From the NCBI GenBank assembly GCA_965644315.1, contig CBFFRQ010000043.1, positions 310,001 through 374,000 of the forward strand: a DNA stretch of 64,000 bases, in the 5' to 3' direction. Both the position numbers and the translations under genes were made by a program. The notes beneath the pieces are model-generated. The model saw nothing but the letters and a program-made list of their open reading frames with translations, was not told the DNA's origin and did not search any database. This DNA is from Caecitellus pseudoparvulus (Eukaryota > Protista > Bigyra: Bicosoecida). Shown in pieces: positions 55,851 to 64,000 of the stretch (positions are counted from its first letter, which is position 1; each line of letters begins with the position of its first letter).

Positions 55851-56288
55851 TCAGTCTGCCCATGACGCAATGCTTGAAGGAGTCGAGTCTCCAGACACCA
55901 CCAAGCTTCCTGTGTAGCTTCCCTGTCAGGTCACCGTCGGGGCATGGAATGTGGGGCGTGGGTGCAGGCTTACATCACCTGCAAGAAACTCACGGTGCTC
56001 GGGCTGAGCCTCTCCAGGCGCTGAGAGGCTGCAACAGGGGCAGACGCTAAACCCTGACCTTCCAATACTCCAAGGGGATTGGGGGCGTTCCTTGAAAGGC
56101 GCCCCCCTTCTTTCTGGATAAGAGAAAGTGGTGCAAGCGTCATCGAGGGGTTTCACGAGCGTTACGGCGACACGCACAGTCACTCCATTGAGCGTGCCCT
56201 TCGAGGCCAGAACTCCTGCCCAAGGTCTCTCAGTCACATGAAACAGCAACCCTCCTTGCCCGAGGCCTTCGAACACTGACCCATCCAT
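55851..56288 (-). CDS. Possible small hypothetical protein
   Basis: ORF MDGSVFEGLGQGG... with a plausible GTAAGC...CTGACAG intron near 55.92-55.97 kb. No recognisable domain. Confidence 0.3.
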
Positions 56289-56560
56289 CCTTGGCTCCCT
56301 CCTTGTCCAAGCCAGCCTCAGCGCATGCAAAACTGTGCTCTGGCTCACAACACACCCGCTACAGAGGCCGTGCAACAGTGGCAGTGAGGAAGTGTGAAGC
56401 ACGCAGCACTGCAAAACTGCCGTACTGCATTGCGTTGAAAGTGTTCTACACTCCCTACCGAACGCGTGGATTCAACGTGTGTCGGGGCGCTCTGCACGCA
56501 CTCTCTCTGACCTTGCGAGAACCTCGCCAGGTTAGCCAGCGTACTTCAACAGCAGTCACT

Positions 56561-59500
56561 ATGGATTCAACCTCCTTCCCCGACTTTGGCTCGAACCTGC
56601 CCTCCACCGTAATGACCGCGGGAGACTATGTGCGGGAAGCAAGCGATGCAGGTACGAAAACGCTGTTGTCCCTCGATATCGCGCGAGACCCCCGTGGCGT
56701 GGTGGTCCAGTGCCTCGCAGTAGTGCTTGTTTCATGCCCTGGCTGTTCCCCTTCCCACCCAGACTCCGCAAGTCTACGTGGGACAGCAGCGGGTGAGCTG
56801 GATCGCGCGTCGCAGTGCGACCTCATTTTGCCTTGCATCAACCTTGCTCCCTGCGTGCTTCTGAACCGCAGTTGAAGGGTCAAGACGGGATGCTGAGTTT
56901 ACCCTCCGTCGTCAGAGCCTCCATAGCAAAGGAGGCATTCCCAGCCGGCTTCTAGGGTCTGCAGCCGCAGCGCGCCCTGGCCTGATGCATGGTACTCTTG
57001 CCAGATCGGCGACAGCCGGCCCCTCCCTGTCGGAAACTGCTCGGGCCGCACTGGTGACCCCCACCGCCTCAAATAATGACGTTCCAGTTCGTGATACGTG
57101 GCTGAGGCGGCCAACTACGGTGGCTGCTGGACCCACTGACCGCCGCAGGGCAGACGGAGCGACACCCTCCTTCCACAAACGACCTCCAGGGCTTGCGCTA
57201 GGAGACGAAGGTGGCGAGCAGGGGCGAGTCCTTGACGCCCTGCACAGCTACTCCTCCTTCTCCGCAGACCGCCATGCTCGAGAAGCTGCTTCGGCGGGCG
57301 ATGGTGCTTCATTTGCCGCAGCCGCTGCGCCAGCACCCATCGCCACCATTGCCGCATCAGTGCGAAGCTCTGGTGGGGCAAACTTGGGGGACCAGCCTGC
57401 GGTGGCGCGCACGGTCGCAGGGGGCATTTTGTTGGGGGGCTACCGAGGGGACGTTGGGACGCGGTTCAGAGTGGATGCGTTAACGGGTGATAGGCAACGG
57501 CGGAGGGCGCAGGCAGGTGTTCACCTGGACTCGCACCTTTCAGAGTTCTCCATCAGCGGAGCCGCCATGCTGGCTGCCGTGGGGGCTGGTGCATCACAAG
57601 GGGAGAAGTTTTCAGGGGTCGATGCAAGCGACAGGCCAGGCTTTGCAACTCGAGCGTCGGTACTGAAAGTGGCAACGACTCTCGCTGCGGCGGCGAGTCC
57701 GCCCCCCGCCAGCATGAGCCCCATCCGACGGCCTGACTCCCGTCCAGAGGGAGTAGATATACCTGCTACGGCACCCAAGTCGACGGGCTTTTCGGCGCTG
57801 AAGCTCCGCTTGGGTGGCTTGGACGCGAGTGTGGATGCATCAGCAGACGCAGACTTGTGCACCACAGCCCAGCGCATGCGGCGCAAACTTGCTGCGCTTG
57901 CTCAGCAAGATGGAGATGCAGCAAGGTTGGCCAGTGCGCAGCTGCGGGAGAAAGCCGTGTATCGGGCACCCACCTCCCACTCATCCGTCACGCACGGGAC
58001 CGTCGTCACGCCAGGGGCCAGTCACCGCGCCGTCCCAGCGTTCGTTGTCAACGTCGCCCACAAAGACACTTTGCACACTGTGAAGGCAAGTGGGGTGCCC
58101 ATCTCTTCGCGAGAGTCCTGGACTCCCTCGTCGGTAGCAACTGCAGCCCCAGCTCAGTTCGGCACTGCGGATGAGGCGCTGAACCTCCCCCCGAGACGTG
58201 GAACTGGCATGCTGAGTTTGGGAGTGAACACGCCCATGTCCTTGGAAGCATCAAGGAAGCATGCACGCATGTGGTGCGACGATTCAGACGCTCCGAAGGG
58301 TATCTGCGGCCCCGACGGCTCCATGGTGGTGGCCACCAACCCCGACATTGCAATCCTGGACCATAGCGAGCTGGTGGAACCCGAGTCTCTGCTTAAATGC
58401 CTTGGAGACAGCCATGACAATGCTAGCAGTGTGTCACTGCGATTCTGCGTGTTGTCCGACGCTGCCTTGACCGCCCTGCCTCGAGTAACCCCATTCGTGC
58501 GGGAGCTGGACCTCTCTGGCTCGCTCGGCTTCACGAGAGCAGCAGTCGCTGCTGCCTTTGCGTCACTTCCAACGCTTCGAGTCGTTAGGCTGGCTGGCTG
58601 TGATCACCTATTCCATGCGGACGGGGGGGTAGCCCAGGCCGTGTCCACGGCTGCTGATGCTACTGCCGCGGAAACCATGGCACCAGAGGCCGCTTCAACT
58701 GCAGGATTTGCCCTCGTAGGGACCCTTGCCCAGCTGAGCACAACTCCCGGGGGCGTCGAGGAGTTCAAGCGTGCAGCCATGGAAGCCCCGACCTCCCCCA
58801 AAAAGGCGGCCCCAGTGTATGGGCGCCGGGCGAATGTGGCTGCAGACCCAGGGCAACCAGGTCTCTGGCTTGTTCGAAAGCGAGGAGCAAAGACTCAGGC
58901 TTTTGAAGGTGTTCGAGCTGTGGATGCATGGGTACCCCGTGTCCTGCCGGCTGCTCCTCCCTCTGGGACGGCTGGTGATCAGGCAACTGCACAGCTGGTG
59001 AAGCGCGCGGCTAGTGCAGGCGTCCAGCTACAGCCAGCGCAGTCCGTAGGGACTGACCCCCCCGCGGCGCCCCCAGTGGCAGTGCTGGCGATGGCCCCCC
59101 AGTCTGCGCTGGCCGCAGCTGTGAGTGCCAGCGCAGCGACTGCAGGAGGCGCCATCGCAGCGGCAGGCTCAGCAGTGTCGTCTGACTCGAAAGACTCCTC
59201 CATGGCTCGATTTGCCGGCAACGGCAGGGACATGCTCGTGCAGTTGGTTCGCCCACCGCGACGCCTGCACGAGTTATCGCTGGCGAACTGCAAGCACCTT
59301 ACCGACGACGCCCTATTCACACTGCTAGGCGGGGTCGCGTCTCTTGCTGACGCGTCAACCCAGTGGCCGTTCCTCGACATGCAAGAGGCAGCTGTAGAAG
59401 CAGCCACCGGAGTCCGGGTCGCGCGCGCTGGCCGGCGGAGTTCTGCGAGCAAGTCGCTTTCTGCAGAGGAACGTGAAGCAGAGGCTGCCGCCCGTCAAGC

Positions 59501-60924
59501 AGCAGCCTCTGAAGCAGCTGAGCTGCAGAGTGTCAATGAGATGCGAGCGCGGATGGGCATGTCCAGCATCGCCAGTCCAAGCCGCGCAGGCGGGACTCAG
59601 AAAAGCGCAAGCCTCAGTGGCAGGGATGCTGGGGCCTATCCGGGGAAGGACGTTGACTCGATGTTGGCCAGTATGGCTCCGCGCATGAACTTAGAGTGGC
59701 AAGCGGCAGTCATTTCCGCCCATGCGCAGCTTGCTGTCCTGAGGTCTCAGCAGCCGTGGCGCATGGGTGTCGGACAGTCCACTTCGAAGGCGGTGTCAGA
59801 TGAGGACCTGCTACGCCAGCAAATGGAGCGCATGGCTGAGGAATCCTCTCGTCGCCCCGGGGCAGCTGCTCGCAAGGGGGCTGAAGAGCCAGAAGAGAGT
59901 GATGAGGAGAGTGACGACGAAGCATACCTTGCAGCTGAGGACTTTGGCCCCGTTCCCCATGACTTCTTCCGAACCCGCCGGGTCCCCCCCAAGGAGGCCC
60001 AGCCGACTCTTGGCATGGTGCTGCCTCCCATCAGCGCATTGCCTGCTCCCTCTTCCGATGCTCTGACCGCTGCTTCGGGTGACGCTCTGCTTGCCAGCAT
60101 TCCGAGGGGCGGCATGCTGCCCATCGAAGTTTTGGATTTGGCTGGGTGCACGCTTCTTGGAGACGCTGCTCTCTACTTCATTGGTGCTCACTGTCCACAC
60201 CTGACGCAGCTCTCACTGCGTGGCTGCTCTCAGCCCGCGCTTTCGGACCGGGGCTTGTTTGGCCTCACCCACAAAGGACTGCCCAGACTAGTGTCTTTGG
60301 ACCTGTCTGGCTGCTCCCAGATGACTTCTCTCGGCTTGAGGGCTGTAGTGTACACCTGCCCCCTCCTAGAGGAGCTTTGCATGCCTGGTTGTTCCGGGAT
60401 CGACGACAAGGCTCTGTATGCGATTTCCTATGCACCTTGCGCAGCTTCACTGCGCACCATCGACTTGACTCGTGCTGAGCGAGTCACAGCGATCGCCGTG
60501 CTTCGCATGCTGCAAAGGTGCGCAGTCATTCCATGCATTCCCGCACTCCGCACCGTGCACCGTCGTTGCCCTTGCTTCTCTTTTCGCAGTTGCCCAAACT
60601 TGACTCTGTGCAATTTGACGCTATGCAAGTCCATCTCCGTCTCAGAGGTCAACTTCCTTGCCCAAGCTGTACCCTCGTGAGTGACTGTGTGCAGAACCGT
60701 CTACTTCACAGTGGGTGGTGAGCACGTGTGCCTTTGGAGTTTCTTTTCGCAGGGTGACCATCGTGAGAACACCGGACGATGCATACGCAAAACCCAAGGC
60801 AGCCAAACTTGTGGCGAAGTTCAAGGCTCCCCCAAAGGAAGATCGCTTCGAGACGTTGGTGAGCACCAAAATGGTGAACCACAAGAAAACCAAGAAGAAA
60901 AAGCGGAGCACTGGGCGGAGGTAG
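56561..60924 (+). CDS. Leucine-rich repeat protein (cysteine-containing FBXL/AMN1-type LRRs) with long low-complexity inserts
   Basis: LRRs LHELSLANCKHLTDDAL, IEVLDLAGCTLLGDAAL, LVSLDLSGCSQMTSLGL and LEELCMPGCSGIDD. 3' introns at 60518-60589 and ~60677-60752. The 5' exons are tentative. Confidence 0.75.
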
Positions 60925-60935
60925 ACACCCCGATT

Positions 60936-61460
60936 TCACTTGAGCAAGTTAACCTGGATGAGCTTCTCAGCAAGCATCCTCTCGTGGTCTCGCTTCATTT
61001 GTGCCAGGTCTCGCTTTGCTGCCTCGTGCTCCTTGAGGAACTGCGCCCGCATGTGCTTTCGCCTCCACTTTGGCTCCTCTCGTGCAAGCACTTGCTTTCT
61101 GGTCTCTTGCCGCATTGCCTCGCGCTCCTCAGCCTCCCTCAGCTCACCTGCCAACTTGTGCCGCATCAACGAGACTTCCGCCACAGCCTCCGGTTCTCCC
61201 AGCAAGAGGGTAGGGTTTGGATCTCCTTCCAATGCATCCACCCGCTGGTGCCCTGACCTGTCTCGCAACTTCAGCTTTTGCATGATACGTGCGCCCACTT
61301 TGCTGCGTTGCTGGTGGAGTGCCCTGACCCCCACAACATTGTTCAACTCACACTCCTCGCCCGTCTCAAAGTCTCGGACTCTCACCACCTCCAAGGTGCT
61401 AGTGCCATCAGGCTTCGTGTCTGGTGCACTTCCTCTGAGGGCTTGTCTGTCCGCCGCCAT
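60936..61460 (-). CDS. Hypothetical coiled-coil protein (~174 aa)
   Basis: ORF MAADRQALRG...AAKRDLAQMKRDHERMLAEKLIQVNLLK with charged heptads. Confidence 0.6.
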   Translation of the reverse strand: MAADRQALRGSAPDTKPDGTSTLEVVRVRDFETGEECELNNVVGVRALHQQRSKVGARIMQKLKLRDRSGHQRVDALEGDPNPTLLLGEPEAVAEVSLMRHKLAGELREAEEREAMRQETRKQVLAREEPKWRRKHMRAQFLKEHEAAKRDLAQMKRDHERMLAEKLIQVNLLK

Positions 61461-61983
61461 TCCGCTGCAGCTCAGTAGCGTTTCGGTGCCGTTTCTATAG
61501 CAGCCCCCGCACAACTTTCAGCACAATCCCCTGCAGACCACGCGCACATAAGAAGTGCGGGCAATGGGTGTAGTGCTTCGCTGCGGTGGCATACTGCAGC
61601 TCCTCTGAATTCCCAGCGATGTGTTTGTCGCATTGCAGAATCTGTTGTGACCATGCAGTTGTCAATCAGGCACATTGCCACGCCCGACCCTTTCCCCGCA
61701 GAAAGCACACTGAAATACGCAATCACCTTGCTCTCTTTGTGTTTTTCGGGGAGCAAGTGCTAGGTACGCCACCCCAAATGTAATCTGTGGTGCACCTAGT
61801 TGAGCTGCTCTCCATGTACTGCAACCCATTTCTGATGAAAATATTGTGAAAGGAAGACATTTCCTGGGTTATTTCTAATAGGTTCATCACATTGTCCTAA
61901 ATTTCGTACCGTCTGAATACTAACCGCGCCCAGGAAAGTCATAGGTGTCAGCAAGGCGAGGCAAGCTCAACACTTGGGCCAGT

Positions 61984-64000
61984 ATGGCTACGCCAGTTGT
62001 CGGACAGGCAAGTCACGTGCTGCCGCAAGCCAGCGTGCAGGCACTCCAAGCGCTGCAGAAGCAAGCCAGGCTGCTGTCGAAGCAGTTTCTGCACGACTCT
62101 GCTGTGGCAGTGTCTGGATCAGCGCTGTCAATGACTCACGCCTTCGGAGATGTGTCCTGCCTCCACGTGGGGTACTATTTAGAGGCGTAAGCGCAGCCCA
62201 CGCGTTTCGCTGCCGTTACCCCAGTGCGCAGCCAGCTGCCTGCGTTAATTTTGCAGGCTGTTCTTGCACGGGTCCATGCTGGCAGAAGCAAAGCAACACA
62301 AACGCGCAGCAACAGCTTTCCTACGCCTCTCGTCTCTCCTCACCAACTTGGAGACGAATGAAGTGCCAGTGCACGTGTACGGGACAGGTGCCATCCCCTG
62401 CCGTGGCCTGCCGAACTTCGCCAACAGGCCGTATATCACGTACAAAGCAGCCAGGTGCCTCTTTGCATTGGAGAAACATGACCGTGCCTTTCATTTGCTG
62501 AAGTCGATACCCTTCCGGAAGCGTACGGTCGCCGTTCACTACGACCTTGGCAGAGAATTCTTGAGGAGGGGGTTGAAGCCGCAAGCGCTTGCGTCCTTCC
62601 GGGAAGTGCTGAGAGCAAATCCGTACGCAGTTGAGCTAGTGCGCCCCCTTCTTGAGCTTGGGTGCTCCGCGCACCAATTGCTTGAGTGGACCTCGCCTTC
62701 CCATGGCCTGCCGAGCGTGCACAGCAGCTGGCTGCAGTCCATCGTTGCAATGGAGCAGGCGGCCGTGGCGGCAGACAACTACAAGGCTGTGCGAGCGGCA
62801 GCTTCATGCATGCTTCCTACGGCTTCCATGCCATGCACTCCTTCGGAGGATGCCGCAATGGAGTTCCCGCGCTCACTTGCGGGGATAGTAGACCTCCTCC
62901 CTGTGGCTGTTCTGTCCAGCAGTGTCGGGTTGCATTGCTCCAGCGATGGGTCTGGCGAAGTCTTGGAGGAAGCAGACCCAGGAGTGGCCCTGTCTTTGTC
63001 CCAAGGCTCGTGCAAAGGGACTGCACAGACGTGGCTGCTGAACCCGTCGTTGCCTTTGGCCACTCGTGATTCGGACGATCATGCGGCAGTCCCTATCTTC
63101 CCGCACGGGCACCCAATGTTGCTGTCACGGATGCTTGAGCTAGTGTCGGACTTTGACATGGTTTCAGAGGCGCTCTCTCTCTATAAGCGCCTGCGTGTGG
63201 CTGACCCCCTGGGCATTCCAGGATCAGACCAGTTTGCGTATGCTCTCGCCCGAGCGGTCCAGAAGGCAAGCATCCACGGGGGTGGAGGGGAGCTGAAGGC
63301 CGAAATACTGCGTGAACTGTCCCAGTTGGTCGCCGTTCTTGCCTCAGACCGCCACCACGCGTCAGCCTGGGCAGTAGCTGCCCTGCTTTCGTGGAGTCAG
63401 GGTGACACACACAACGCCGTGCGCTTCGTCAACACAGGCATGCAGTGCGACTCATACCAAGAGCTGTGCATGACTGTAAAGGGCCATGTGCTGCACGACA
63501 TGAAGTCTTATCACTCTGCTGCGAACCACTTCTTCACCAGCAACACCAGGCGGCCGTCTCTGCACTGCGTGCAGGGGGTTGTGGACAGCTATGCCCAGCT
63601 TGGCATGTGGCGCCAAGCCCTAGCTCATGCGGCTTCAGCAACCAAAGCATCACCTCATGATGCAAGAGCGCCACTTCTCCTTGGCAACACGATTCTCCAG
63701 GCGCTTTTGGCTGGTGACAGCGTTGAAGAGGAGATCATGCAAGAGCGCTACGGGATCGACTTTTCGTTTTCCGGCGCCGCCCGGCAGGTGTGTCTGTGCT
63801 GCGAAGACTTGCTCCTTGCCCAACACAAAACTGCCTTCTGCACACTTTGCTATCTCATTTCGCAGTTTTCTGCTGCCCTGTCCAAGTGCCCGGGACTGCC
63901 GGAGGCTATTGTCGGCTTGGCATTCGCAGAGTACGAAGGTGGCAACAAGGGAGCGGCTGAGCAACGGTACGTTGGGAGCCCCATGCACGTGCCGAGACCT
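61984..64000 (+). CDS. ANAPC7: Anaphase-promoting complex subunit 7 (TPR), 3'-partial
   Basis: After the intron at 62187-62256: YKAARCLFALEKHDRAFHLLKSIPFRKRTVAVHYDLG...ASFREVLRANPYAVELVRPLLELG, which resembles APC7 YKMAEC...IPSRQRTPKI...YKEVLRQCPLA (recalled). Further TPR helices follow. Confidence 0.8.

Noticed and set aside
19644-64000. Apparent cell-cycle cluster (NUF2, CKS1, APC7) and NUF2 lying near the candidate centromere
   Set aside because: The genes are spread over 44 kb among unrelated genes, so chance is sufficient.
1-64000. Alternative genetic code or non-canonical introns
   Set aside because: The conserved genes I reconstructed translate with the standard code and GT-AG introns. 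TAA, TAG and TGA are all used as stops.

Overview
Gene-dense, GC-rich (~60%) eukaryotic nuclear DNA with short GT-AG introns (about 60-115 nt). It is probably from a flagellated heterotrophic protist; a stramenopile/bicosoecid-like origin is an inference from gene content, not a database result. Recognisable genes: a >3,468-codon EF-hand/WD40 protein running off the left edge (missing from the ORF track), a P1B Cu-ATPase with three near-identical HMA repeats, a WW-domain protein, a GT54/MGAT4-like glycosyltransferase, NUF2, a FAM13-like protein, RPA12, tRNA-Val(CAC), CPT1, two large orphan proteins, a Kelch-bearing outer-arm dynein heavy chain, SSU72, DDX6, CKS1, an LRR protein and APC7 (runs off the right edge, only fragments in the ORF track). 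The one anomaly is a gene-free, low-GC island of about 3.2 kb (~23.07-26.29 kb). In it, a ~2.0 kb ORF-less core is bracketed by ~298-bp inverted repeats (13 mismatches, no indels). The island has mirror-image AC-rich to GT-rich strand skew extending beyond the repeats, a TA|CACC...GGTG|TA junction and a tRNA gene 215 bp away. It could be an IR-type regional centromere/replication origin, a non-autonomous Tc1/mariner-like element, or both.
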